DNA of 48,112 bases from an uncultured bacterium (GTDB taxonomy: Bacteria; Planctomycetota; J058): NCBI GenBank assembly GCA_937911525.1, contig CALDQK010000927.1:1-48112 (forward strand). The letters run 5' to 3'. Positions 7,589-16,245 of this stretch are shown here, piece after piece. Under the pieces are notes generated by a model, which made no database searches, was not told the origin of the DNA, and was given only the letters and a program-made list of their open reading frames with translations. The translations under genes and the position numbers were made by a program. Each line of letters opens with the position of its first letter. The stretch's first letter is position 1.

Positions 7589-8959
7589 GTGAAGCTCCAG
7601 CTGGAGATCCAGGGGCCCGCCGCGCCCTTCCGCTTCGACGTCCCGGGGCTCTTCGAGCCGCGGCTCGAGGCCTCCTGGAAGGAGGCCTCCAACCCACGGG
7701 AGGTCACCGAGGTCCGGGAGGTGTGGGAGATCCGCGGTGCTCGGCTCGTCTCGCCAGACGGGACGCAGGCTGCGCTCTGGTCGCGCTGGCGGGAATTCAC
7801 CGACCGGCTGCGCCAGCGCTCGGGGCCGCGCTGGGTGCGACTCGTTCGAGAACCCCAGGGCGCCCGAGAGGTTGTCTGGACGCTGGGGCCGCCCGAGTAC
7901 GAGGAGCTCAAGGTCGAGCGGCTCTCCGCCGGCGAAGACCCCCTCGCCCCCTCCGCCACCTGGAGCGTGCTGGCGAGCGTGACGCTCGTCGTCTCAGCAG
8001 CCCGCCGCCTTCAGGACGCTCGCGGGATCGTGGGCTGGGAGCAGGACGTCAGCTCGACCTTCACGCCCGGCGGGCTGCACGTCCTCGAGTGGCGGACGGA
8101 GCTCACGACCCGGGAGGGCACCTCGGCGGTCGAGAAGGCCCGCCAGTTCGGGCGGATCGACGTCCGCCCCTTCGGGGACCACTACTCCTACGACACCAAC
8201 GGCCCCGACGGGGTCGAGGTGACCGCTTTGGACGCCGACGAGGTGACGGGCCGCGTCCCGACGGTGGCCCTCGCTGTCTCCCGGATTCACCAGTGGGGCG
8301 TGCGGGTTGGCGCGATCGGGCCCGGCACGAGCCCGACCGAGGTGGGCTACTCGACGCGACGCAAGGTCGAGAAGGGGGAGACCCTGCGCGTCGTCCGCGC
8401 GTCCGCGCGGGGACCGGGCGCGCTGCGCTGGGTCGAGCTGCGCGAGCCGCCGGGCGCCAAGAAGAGCAGCGAGGTCTTCCATGAGGAGGCGGCGCGCTTC
8501 GCCGAAGGGGTGTGGACGTTCCAGGAAGACCCCGAGGAAGAGGACGACCCCGAGAGCGCCCTGAACCGCCTGGAGCTGCGGCTGGCGCTCTCTGGAGGCC
8601 ACGTCGGCTTCGACTTCGAGCCCGTTGTCGGTGGCTATGAGCCGGTCCTGTTCGAGGGCGCGATCCTGCCCTGGACGCTGACGGCCCAGGTCAAGGTCAA
8701 GAAGCGCGGAGGAGAGGGAAAGCCCGCCGATCTCCTCCTGCCCGGCGAACTCGGCGACCCGTGGCGCCTGGACCGTCAGGCCAGTCGCGAGAGCCTGCCC
8801 TACCTAGCCGAGCCGAGCAGCGAGCCCGACTCCAGGCTCTGGGCGCGGGACGCGACGCTGGTCTACCGCGCCGCACGCCGCCCTGACCGCTGGCCCTCAG
8901 AGGCGCTGAAGGACGCGCGCCCCGTGGAGAGCTACTGGCTCTCGGGGGCCCGACCATGA
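7589..8959 (+). CDS. hypothetical virion (tail-region) protein
   Basis: The ORF track gives 7487..8959 from a TTG that would overlap the antisense gene's start. The next in-frame start is GTG 7589 (VKLQLEIQGPAAPFRFDVPG...). No domain was recognised. Confidence 0.55.
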   Translation: MKLQLEIQGPAAPFRFDVPGLFEPRLEASWKEASNPREVTEVREVWEIRGARLVSPDGTQAALWSRWREFTDRLRQRSGPRWVRLVREPQGAREVVWTLGPPEYEELKVERLSAGEDPLAPSATWSVLASVTLVVSAARRLQDARGIVGWEQDVSSTFTPGGLHVLEWRTELTTREGTSAVEKARQFGRIDVRPFGDHYSYDTNGPDGVEVTALDADEVTGRVPTVALAVSRIHQWGVRVGAIGPGTSPTEVGYSTRRKVEKGETLRVVRASARGPGALRWVELREPPGAKKSSEVFHEEAARFAEGVWTFQEDPEEEDDPESALNRLELRLALSGGHVGFDFEPVVGGYEPVLFEGAILPWTLTAQVKVKKRGGEGKPADLLLPGELGDPWRLDRQASRESLPYLAEPSSEPDSRLWARDATLVYRAARRPDRWPSEALKDARPVESYWLSGARP

Positions 8960-9312
8960 GGCGCTTCCGACTCGACCTCCGCGCCGTCTTCCGCCGCTTC
9001 GGCAAGGAGGAGCAGCAGGCCTGGGCCGAAGCTGTCGCCGCTCAGAGCCCGAAGAAGACGCCTGACGACAAGGGCACGGGGGGCTCGCTCCCCGCCAAGC
9101 TCAAGGCGACCAGCGTGCTCAAGGTGCGTGCCTGGGGCTTCGCGCTCCAGCTCCACACGCTTGGCCAGAAGCTGACGTGGTTCGTGCGCGGCACCAAGCG
9201 ACAGAAGGCGCGCCCGGTGGAGGTCGAGACCGACATCGACGGACTCGCCGCCACCGTCGAAGCAGAAGCGCAGGCCCAATTCTCGGCCTGGGATCGGTCG
9301 AGCAATGCCTGA
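8956..9312 (+). CDS. hypothetical protein, tail-assembly-chaperone slot
   Basis: The 118-aa ORF starts with an ATGA overlap on the upstream gene. It lies two genes upstream of the tape-measure-like gene. Confidence 0.5.
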   Translation: MRRFRLDLRAVFRRFGKEEQQAWAEAVAAQSPKKTPDDKGTGGSLPAKLKATSVLKVRAWGFALQLHTLGQKLTWFVRGTKRQKARPVEVETDIDGLAATVEAEAQAQFSAWDRSSNA

Positions 9313-9481
9313 GGAGAGCAAGCGAGTCGTCGTGAAGGGCCTGAAAAAGGCGGAGAAGGAGTTCCAGAAGTATCTGCGCCTGCGGATCGGTGCAGAGAAG
9401 ACCGTGGCCCAGCTCGAGGAGGACCTAAAGGAGGCCCTGGCCGAGGTGGAGCGTCAGCTCGAGGAGGAGCGCCGTGGCTAA
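9305..9481 (+). CDS. small coiled-coil protein (58 aa), not in ORF track
   Basis: Hand translation gives MPEESKRVVVKGLKKAEKEFQKYLRLRIGAEKTVAQLEEDLKEALAEVERQLEEERRG followed by a stop. It overlaps the upstream gene by 8 nt and the downstream GTG start (9474) by 8 nt. GC3 is high except for AAA/AAG codons. Confidence 0.45.
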   Translation: MPEESKRVVVKGLKKAEKEFQKYLRLRIGAEKTVAQLEEDLKEALAEVERQLEEERRG

Positions 9482-10145
9482 GACGATCGTCCTGAACTTC
9501 GCCCTAAAGAAGCTGAAGGCGGCAGAAGAGGCCGCCAAGAAGATCCTGGTTTCGGTTCGCAAGAGCACCGACCTGAGCAAAGAGGAGCGGCGGGACCGGA
9601 GCAAGGCCGCGCGCGAGAGCCTCAAGGAGATCCGCGCACGGAGGCGCTTCGAGCAACGCCGGGCGAAGCTTCAAGGGCGCGCGAACGCACTCCGGGGCCG
9701 CGACCTCCTCGCCGCGAGCCGGGGGCGTTTCAGCGGGCTGTTCGGGACCGTCGGAGAGGCGCGCGAAAAGGGCGAGTCCTTCGCCAACGCGCTCTTCGGG
9801 GACGGCGAGATCTCCCAGAGCCTCCCTTCGTTGATCAGCGGCGTCGGGCAGTTCGTTCCCGGGCTCGGGCCCTTCATGACGCTCCTCGCTCCGCTGACCG
9901 AGAAGCTCCTCGGCCACCTCGAGGAGCGGCTGCAGCAGGAGCTGGCCAAGCAAGAGACCCGGCTGCTCGCCCGTCTTGAGGAGCAGCGTTTTCGCATGGA
10001 CTTCACCCGGCGCTTCAAAGAGGACCCGGCCTTCGCCCGGGAGCAGGCCCGCCAGGCGCTCGAACGCACCGTCGCCGAGGAGGCCAGGCTTGGGAAGCGG
10101 ATCCAGAAGACCACCGCCGACCTGGTCACCGACTTCGGGCTGTAG
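9474..10145 (+). CDS. short tape-measure-like protein (223 aa)
   Basis: The protein is highly helical and charged (KKLKAAEEAAKK, EERLQQELAKQETRLLARLEEQR). A central Gly/hydrophobic segment (LPSLISGVGQFVPGLGPFMTLLAPL) is present. It sits before the large distal proteins. The call is compositional and positional. Confidence 0.45.
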   Translation: MAKTIVLNFALKKLKAAEEAAKKILVSVRKSTDLSKEERRDRSKAARESLKEIRARRRFEQRRAKLQGRANALRGRDLLAASRGRFSGLFGTVGEAREKGESFANALFGDGEISQSLPSLISGVGQFVPGLGPFMTLLAPLTEKLLGHLEERLQQELAKQETRLLARLEEQRFRMDFTRRFKEDPAFAREQARQALERTVAEEARLGKRIQKTTADLVTDFGL

Positions 10146-10147
10146 CC

Positions 10148-12709
10148 ATGAGCGGGACCGTAGCGACCTACCAAGGCTTCCCGTGCCGCAGCGTGAGCTA
10201 CCGACGCACGCGCGGCTGGACCGCGGACACCTCGGAGGTGCTCCTTTTCGCGGCGGACTTCCCCCAGGGCTTTCAGTTTACGACCCCGGCGCCTGGCGAC
10301 CTGGCGCGGGTTCGTCTGCGCACCGCCCCCAAGCCAGACCTCAGCCCGATCCGCGTGGCCCAGGCGCAGCCGCCGCGACCGTTGCCGCGGCTCCGGCGTC
10401 TCGACTTCGCCGGTGCCCTCGTCATGGCGGAGGTCGACACCGAGGGGCGGGAATACGCGGTCGTGGTGGACCCGCTGTTCTGCGTGGCGCTGGAGACCGT
10501 CCGACGCAACGCGGATGGTTCGGTCGCGATCGCTCGCGCGCGCCTTGTCGACGCCCGCTTCTTCTACGCGCGCGGGTTCCTGCGCCGCTGGTCGTTCAAC
10601 CGCACCGACGCTGAGTCGAACTACGCCAAGGACAGCGTGAAGGAAGACGGCCAGGCCTTCTCCCTGGCCGAGATCGCGGGCCAGGTCGCGCAGGGGCTCT
10701 TCCTCCAGCCCAAGCTCAGCCATCGCCCGCAGGAGTGGGAGGAGACGCGCCCCGAGACCGAGTTCCGCCGCTTCTCCTCGGCCATGGCCGCCCTCGCCCG
10801 CCTCGCGCAGGACCATGGCACCGAGGAGCTGTCGCTGAACCTCGACGGCTCGGTCGCGCTCTACGAGCCGGGCGAGGGGAGGGTCGGCTACGCGCCCGAG
10901 GGGCGCGGCTCAAAAAACGAGGCCGATTTCCCCCGCGGGCTCCAGCTCTATCTGGAGGGGACGGGGCAGAGCCGAGGCGTCGAGGCGACCTATCCACCCG
11001 ACTGGGTTGTCGTGGTGGGCGGGCTCCGCGTGGCGACGGTCCGCATGGACGAGCTCGACCCGGTGCTCGTGATCGACAACGAGCCGATCCCCCTCACTGA
11101 GGAGGCCGTCCGCAAGCTGACGAAGAACAAGTACGGTCTGACCTGGCTGAAGAAGTTCGTGCTCGCCCCCCAGGCGTACCAGAACGCGGTGGACGTCGAC
11201 CCGCGAGTCGTCCTGCTCCTGCGCGAGCAGGCCTACCGCCTCTGGCGAATCCCGAAGGTCGAGAAGGAGATCACCCCCAAGGAAGAGGGCGGCAAGGCCG
11301 CTGCACAGGCCGGGCCCAAGCAGGGCCCGATCAGGGTCCGAGGCCCCAACGCGCACCTCCTCCCCCTCCGCGCCCGAGCCGAGACGACGGCCGGGAAGCG
11401 CCTCCCGATCCGGGTCGACGCCTACCGATTCGCGTCGGCGCACCGCGCCATGGCTCCGAGCCGGGAGGCCCAGCGGATCAACGCCCTCAAGCGAGAGCTC
11501 GAGGACCTCAAGCGCCAGGCTCAGTCCGCGGCTCGCCAGTCCGCCAAGCCCGACCCTTGGCACCGGCTCGACGCCTACTACCTGTTCCAGGACCGCTACG
11601 TGAGCCCGCGCCTGCTCTATGCGATCACGGGAGCGCGGAGTCACGGCGTCGCCTACGAGCAGTTCCAGCAAATGGTCTCGCGCGCACGCCTCGTGGATCG
11701 GATCAGCGAGGTCGCCCCCAACCTGGCCAGCCGCTACGACAGCGTCCTCGGCGAGCTGTTCCAGATCGAGCAGGAGTTCGGGGGCATTGGCCAGAGTCTC
11801 TATCAGTTGGCCAAGGAGGCGGTCGAGTTCGAGAAGCGGGTCGCCGAGTCGCGCAGCGCCCTCGAGACGCCCAACGAGGAGGCCAGGGAGCGGGCCCAGG
11901 AGCTGCGCGACAAGGTCAAGGACGAGCTGCGCGCGATCGATCGCCAGCGCCAGGAGCAGGGGACGCGGACCCAGATCGGGGCCCAGCGCCGCGCCAAGCC
12001 TCAGACGGCGGTCTTCATTCGCAACCTGCCCCGCCGCCTGGACCCTGGGGCGCGGCTCTACTCGGCCGAGCTCGGCGTGATCCAGACGAGCGACCTATCG
12101 GGCCACGTCGCCGAGGAGGGAGTGCCGGTGGCCGAGGTGACGAGCTTCGTTCCCAAGTCGCCCCTGGTCTACTTCGGCGCAGTCATGCGCCCGCGCGCGG
12201 ACACTGCGAGCAGGCGCCCCGTCACGGGTGCCAGCCAGTCCAAGAGCGAGACCAAGATCCCCGAGGTGCTCTCGGATACCGAGAGCTACTACGTCGCTGC
12301 GTTCCGGCGAGTTCGCGGCGGGCGTGCCGAACAGGTCGAGCTCAGCGCCGTGCCTGAGGGGCAGGGCGTCCCGCTTGATCGACCGGATCTCGTCGAGCTC
12401 GTCCCTCTCGAGGGCCGGAGCAATCGCCACAAGCTCGACGAGACGGGGCAGACCGTCGCTCGCGGACTCTTCAAGCGCGCTGAGCGGGTCGAGGCTGCGA
12501 AGTACTCGATCGCTCGTCCATGGCCCGTGAACACCGACGGCGTCGTCTCGGGCGTCCAGATCGTGCTCCGCCCCGGTGGCAAGGGCTACGTCACGACGAT
12601 CTTCACCGGTGGCGAGTCACCCACCCTCGACCCGCTCGGGCGCACGCGAGTACGAGTGCGCCGCGGCGGCCCCTCGGACGCCGCAGCGCGGGAGGGCTTG
12701 CTCCCGTGA
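10148..12709 (+). CDS. large hypothetical tail/baseplate-region protein (853 aa)
   Basis: A long ORF with uniform high GC3. A central charged coiled-coil region (RELEDLKRQAQSAARQ; EEARERAQELRDKVKDELRAIDRQRQEQ) is present. No catalytic motif was recognised. Confidence 0.6.
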   Translation: MSGTVATYQGFPCRSVSYRRTRGWTADTSEVLLFAADFPQGFQFTTPAPGDLARVRLRTAPKPDLSPIRVAQAQPPRPLPRLRRLDFAGALVMAEVDTEGREYAVVVDPLFCVALETVRRNADGSVAIARARLVDARFFYARGFLRRWSFNRTDAESNYAKDSVKEDGQAFSLAEIAGQVAQGLFLQPKLSHRPQEWEETRPETEFRRFSSAMAALARLAQDHGTEELSLNLDGSVALYEPGEGRVGYAPEGRGSKNEADFPRGLQLYLEGTGQSRGVEATYPPDWVVVVGGLRVATVRMDELDPVLVIDNEPIPLTEEAVRKLTKNKYGLTWLKKFVLAPQAYQNAVDVDPRVVLLLREQAYRLWRIPKVEKEITPKEEGGKAAAQAGPKQGPIRVRGPNAHLLPLRARAETTAGKRLPIRVDAYRFASAHRAMAPSREAQRINALKRELEDLKRQAQSAARQSAKPDPWHRLDAYYLFQDRYVSPRLLYAITGARSHGVAYEQFQQMVSRARLVDRISEVAPNLASRYDSVLGELFQIEQEFGGIGQSLYQLAKEAVEFEKRVAESRSALETPNEEARERAQELRDKVKDELRAIDRQRQEQGTRTQIGAQRRAKPQTAVFIRNLPRRLDPGARLYSAELGVIQTSDLSGHVAEEGVPVAEVTSFVPKSPLVYFGAVMRPRADTASRRPVTGASQSKSETKIPEVLSDTESYYVAAFRRVRGGRAEQVELSAVPEGQGVPLDRPDLVELVPLEGRSNRHKLDETGQTVARGLFKRAERVEAAKYSIARPWPVNTDGVVSGVQIVLRPGGKGYVTTIFTGGESPTLDPLGRTRVRVRRGGPSDAAAREGLLP

Positions 12710-15700
12710 GGAACCTTCCGCCCCGCGACGGAATCACTGCCACCGACCTCTGGGTCCCTGTGGACGCCACGGGCGAGGATTTCTACGCCCTGGGCCAGCG
12801 CTTCGGCACGCAGGTCGGCGTCCTCAGCGAGCTCCACGACGAGACGGGCCACCCCTACGTGCTCGTCGAGGGCACCGGCTTCTTCGACCCGCGCTCCCTC
12901 CGCTACCACCGCCTCCAGCGCCCGACGCCCACCGGGATCGAGGACAACCGCCTCGCGATCCAGATCCTGAACGACTACGAGGCCGAGTATCAGGACGTGC
13001 GGCCCGGGGACGCCCCCTTCGCGCAGCCCGAGTTCTTCACGGCCCAGAACCGGACGACGCGCGAAGCCGATACCAAGGGCCGAGTGGCGCTGCCCAGCTC
13101 CCACCGCCGGATCATTGACTCCGAGGACGACCGCTACGCATTGGCGCTGACCTGCCGCAGCGTCCCGCTCCAGGCCGCAGAGATCGAGATAGCCCCGGAC
13201 GAGCCCGACGCGGCCGCCCCAGACGCTGTGCCTGAGGGAATGGCCTTCAACGACGCTGGCACACGCAGCGGCACCCACGGCTCAGTAACCCAGACCGCCC
13301 CCTCGGTCTCGGTCGGCGGGGTGACCTTCTTCGGTGGCGCCGCGGTCTCGGCTGCGCGAAACGCCCTCGCTCAGGGCGGCAGCGTGGCGGACGCGGCTCG
13401 GGCGGCCAGCGCCGCGGCTCGGGGACTCCCCCCGCCCCCTCTCCAGGACGCCGGCACCCGAGAGCGCGGGAGCCAGACGGGCCCGACCGAGACTCGTGAG
13501 CCACCGCCCGAGCCCGATCGCAACCAAGGCGGCAGCGTCCCGCTCCTGAACCATCCCAAGGGCTACGTGTGGTCCGAGGCGGATCGGATCGGCCTCTTGG
13601 GGACACTCGTCGCCCCCGAGGGCGCTGGCGGCTCCTACTTCGCCGGTCGCGAGGGGACGCCGATCGGCCCGCTCCCGATCCGCCACGACGCCCAGTTCAC
13701 CATGGGGCCTGAGCTGGTCGGGCGGGTGGTGTTCGTCAGCAACGACGCCTCGGAGGTCCCGGAGGGTGCCGGAAAGCCGATCAAGGGCGAGCTGTGGGCC
13801 GATCGCGGCCGCGCCAACGTCGACACCGAACTCGGGCTCGAGACGCTTCAGTGGCGGCCCGTGATCCGTGTCGATGCCGACCTTCCTCCCAGCATGCCGC
13901 CTCCGCAGCCGCCGCCCTGGACCTGGCTCCCGCCGCCCCGTGAGGAGGAAGACGAAGACGACGAAGAGGAGGACAAGAAGAAGAAGATTCCGCCCAAGAA
14001 GCCGGGAGGGAAACCAAGCGGATCGGGCAAGAAGCCCCCCGTAGGCGAGGGCCCCGGGGTTAGCTCAGGCGGGGGAATCCTCGTGGCCGGCGGCGGCTTC
14101 ACGCCGATCCCCGTTCCACCGAGGCGCGAAACCTCCAACGGCAGGACCGGCGACGGAGACCTCGAGCCGATCGAGAACCCTCGCTCCCAGACGCGGGACT
14201 ACGAGGGGCCCGGTGAGCCGTGCCCCAACGCCACCGCAGGTGTCCTGGTCCACGCGCCCGGCACGTCCGTCGCCACGGGCAGCACGTCGGTCGGCGGCCT
14301 CCCCGTGATTCCGGTTCCAGGCGGATACATAGAGTTCTTCGGCCACCCCGGCCTGACGCCCGTGCCCGGCGGACTCGTCGTCGGCGGCGAGCAATCGCAC
14401 CGCCTGACTCTGGGGCTGCCCACGCCGCCTCGCCGTGGTGTGGGAGTGGATCCCGCACCAGGTCGTGTGCCTCGTGGGCGCCGAGTGCCAGGCGACGACC
14501 CCGGGCGAGTCCCGCTGGGCCTGCCGACTCCGCCTGGCGCCGGGATCGGAGTGGAGCCAGGCCCCGACGACGGAGTGCCGCGAGGCCGCCGTGTCCCGGG
14601 CGACGATCCCGGGCGCATTCCGTTGGGTCTCCCCGGGCGAAGAGGCCCGGGCCTCGGCTTCGAACCTCCCCTGGGAGGGGACCGAGGGATTCCCCGAGGC
14701 TACGAGGAGCGCCTGCAGCGGCGTCGCCGCCGAGAACGCGCTCGCCGAGCCCGAGAAGAGCGCGACCGTCGTGAGCAGGAGCGGATCGACGAGCTCGAAG
14801 ACCTGGAAGAGCGCGCGCGCGACGCCGGTCGCGAACGCCTCGCCAACCGCGTCGGTCGAGCACGCGAGCGCGTCGAGCGGCGCCGTCAGCGGCGAGAGGA
14901 TCGGCGTCGGCGTCGCGAGGAGTACAAGGAACGCAAGCGCCGCGAGCGCGAGGAGCGCCGGCGTCGCCGGGAGGAGCGACGCGCAGAGCGCCGACGCAAA
15001 CGCGAAGAGCGTCGCCAGCGGAGGAACCGGGAGCGCCAGGCCCGTAGGGATCGAGGAGAGGAGCGTCGGCGACCGCCGCAGGGCGGCTACATGATCGACG
15101 TCTCCAGCCCCGACGCCATGGAGCACAGCCTCGGCCGCCTGACCGCCGACGAGCGGGCGAAGTACGAAGAGGACAAGCGCAAGGAAGAGGAGGCTCGCCA
15201 GCGCTACCAGGCCACCTTCGGGGACTGGAACACGGCCAACACGCCCCTCGGATTCCTCGGCGCGCCGGGTGGACCCCGCTCCCTCGAGGGCTGGGCACAC
15301 CTCGCAACCTTCCAGGTCCGCGCCATGCAGCGGGTCGTCAACGGCGCCTTTGGTGGCCCCAGTTACCTGGCCGCGAACATCGGCGTCGTCCATCGCAACC
15401 GCCCAGGCAACCCTCCCGCAGGGTCACGGATCGGCGCACACTGGACTCCTCTTCCAAGAGAGCAACGCCTCAAGCTCTGCCGTGGTCAGGCCCCGCTCGA
15501 AGTCGTCTCTGTCCTCGAGGCCCCGGCCGGAACCGAGGTGGAAGCATGCGGCGGCGGGGTCCTTGAGGTCGTCCGTGAGCACCGCGGCGAGGGGTTGGTC
15601 ACGGACCCGCGGCCGCTGATCCTCCTGGAGAACGCCAGATCCCACAGCCCGGAGCTGATCGACGCCGACATGATCTCCGACGTCCAGCGCCGGTTCTACG

Positions 15701-16245
15701 TCGGGGCCGGAGCCGAGGTCACGGGCTCCAAGCTGCGGGCCTACTACCGGGCAGGGGAAACGGGCAACGTCTTCGAGATCGCGCGGACCGATCCAGCTAG
15801 CGGGACCGTTGTCGAGCGCCTCGTCCATGTCGACGTTAGGGATGGCGCCTTGGTCGCGGGACGGGGGATCGCGAGCTACGGGGGAATCCACGTTTGGGGG
15901 CAGAAGGGGCTGACCTTCCACCCGCCGCGCGGGGGGGGTGAGCTGTCCTACACGCTGGAAGGGACCCCAGAAGGCGTGCTGCGTTTGACCAGCGCGAACC
16001 CCAAGTCCCCTGTGACCCTTGGCGTCGATGGTCACCTCTCGGTCGCGGGTGACGCCTCGGTCTCAGGGAAGCTCTACGTGGCGGGCTCGATCGACCCGAC
16101 GGATCTTCAACTCACACCACAGGAGACGAACCCTGTCCCCCCCTCAAGCTATGGGATCTGGGTGTCTGATGGGACTACGCCAGGTACAAAGGAGGGCGGC
16201 CTCTACTACCAACGTGCTGGCTTCAGGATCCGTCTCGATGCGTAG
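12706..16245 (+). CDS. giant fibre-like protein (1179 aa) with Pro/Gly repeats and Arg/Glu-rich helix
   Basis: The in-frame GTG at 12706 overlaps the upstream TGA (GTGA); the ORF-track start at 12520 lies inside the previous gene. The protein contains an acidic/Lys tract, 35-36-aa tandem repeats and a ~124-aa R/E segment. Its C-terminal end (LSVAGDASVSGKLYVAGSIDPTDLQLTP) is reminiscent of phage tail-fibre tips. Confidence 0.65.
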   Translation: MRNLPPRDGITATDLWVPVDATGEDFYALGQRFGTQVGVLSELHDETGHPYVLVEGTGFFDPRSLRYHRLQRPTPTGIEDNRLAIQILNDYEAEYQDVRPGDAPFAQPEFFTAQNRTTREADTKGRVALPSSHRRIIDSEDDRYALALTCRSVPLQAAEIEIAPDEPDAAAPDAVPEGMAFNDAGTRSGTHGSVTQTAPSVSVGGVTFFGGAAVSAARNALAQGGSVADAARAASAAARGLPPPPLQDAGTRERGSQTGPTETREPPPEPDRNQGGSVPLLNHPKGYVWSEADRIGLLGTLVAPEGAGGSYFAGREGTPIGPLPIRHDAQFTMGPELVGRVVFVSNDASEVPEGAGKPIKGELWADRGRANVDTELGLETLQWRPVIRVDADLPPSMPPPQPPPWTWLPPPREEEDEDDEEEDKKKKIPPKKPGGKPSGSGKKPPVGEGPGVSSGGGILVAGGGFTPIPVPPRRETSNGRTGDGDLEPIENPRSQTRDYEGPGEPCPNATAGVLVHAPGTSVATGSTSVGGLPVIPVPGGYIEFFGHPGLTPVPGGLVVGGEQSHRLTLGLPTPPRRGVGVDPAPGRVPRGRRVPGDDPGRVPLGLPTPPGAGIGVEPGPDDGVPRGRRVPGDDPGRIPLGLPGRRGPGLGFEPPLGGDRGIPRGYEERLQRRRRRERARRAREERDRREQERIDELEDLEERARDAGRERLANRVGRARERVERRRQRREDRRRRREEYKERKRREREERRRRREERRAERRRKREERRQRRNRERQARRDRGEERRRPPQGGYMIDVSSPDAMEHSLGRLTADERAKYEEDKRKEEEARQRYQATFGDWNTANTPLGFLGAPGGPRSLEGWAHLATFQVRAMQRVVNGAFGGPSYLAANIGVVHRNRPGNPPAGSRIGAHWTPLPREQRLKLCRGQAPLEVVSVLEAPAGTEVEACGGGVLEVVREHRGEGLVTDPRPLILLENARSHSPELIDADMISDVQRRFYVGAGAEVTGSKLRAYYRAGETGNVFEIARTDPASGTVVERLVHVDVRDGALVAGRGIASYGGIHVWGQKGLTFHPPRGGGELSYTLEGTPEGVLRLTSANPKSPVTLGVDGHLSVAGDASVSGKLYVAGSIDPTDLQLTPQETNPVPPSSYGIWVSDGTTPGTKEGGLYYQRAGFRIRLDA
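14410..14703 (+). repeat. in-frame tandem repeat, about 2.8 copies of 105-108 nt (LGLPTPP..G.GV.P.P..VPRGRRVPGDDPGR.P)
   Basis: Copy 1 is 14410-14514, copy 2 is 14515-14622 and a partial copy 3 starts at 14623. The peptide units are LGLPTPPRRGVGVDPAPGRVPRGRRVPGDDPGRVP, LGLPTPPGAGIGVEPGPDDGVPRGRRVPGDDPGRIP and LGLPGRRGPGLGFEPPLGGDRGIPRGY. Confidence 0.8.

Noticed and set aside
7218-7592. Plus-strand 124-aa ORF exactly antisense to the small membrane-protein ORF.
   Set aside because: It has no RBS, and its C-terminal half is Arg/Pro low-complexity sequence. The minus-strand frame has a consensus AGGAGG-N6-ATG and a membrane-protein-like sequence. The choice remains uncertain, as noted in the finding.
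9290-9320. Possible programmed -1 frameshift (lambda G/GT type) between the two chaperone-slot ORFs.
   Set aside because: The downstream frame is +1 relative to the upstream one. No XXXYYYZ slippery heptamer is present in the 8-nt overlap. The downstream ORF has its own ATG.
12520-12705. N-terminal extensions given by the ORF track for several genes: 12520 for the giant protein, 16903-17664 for the lipoprotein, 31620-32303 for the phosphorylase, 36679-37263 for atpE, 38029-38472 for atpQ, 39833-39952 for atpD, 40317-40598 for the sensor kinase, 42098-42133 for the regulator, 43575-44366 for the triple-repeat protein and 43992-44189 for the lipoprotein.
   Set aside because: The extensions lie inside the preceding gene or in promoter regions and encode low-complexity sequence. 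Internal starts with RBSs, or with ATGA/GTGA coupling, give proteins of normal family length.
14410-15072. Repetitive DNA in the giant gene, considered as a CRISPR array, VNTR outside genes or mobile-element remnant.
   Set aside because: The repeats are in frame, have no spacer architecture and translate into coherent peptide repeats within one long ORF.
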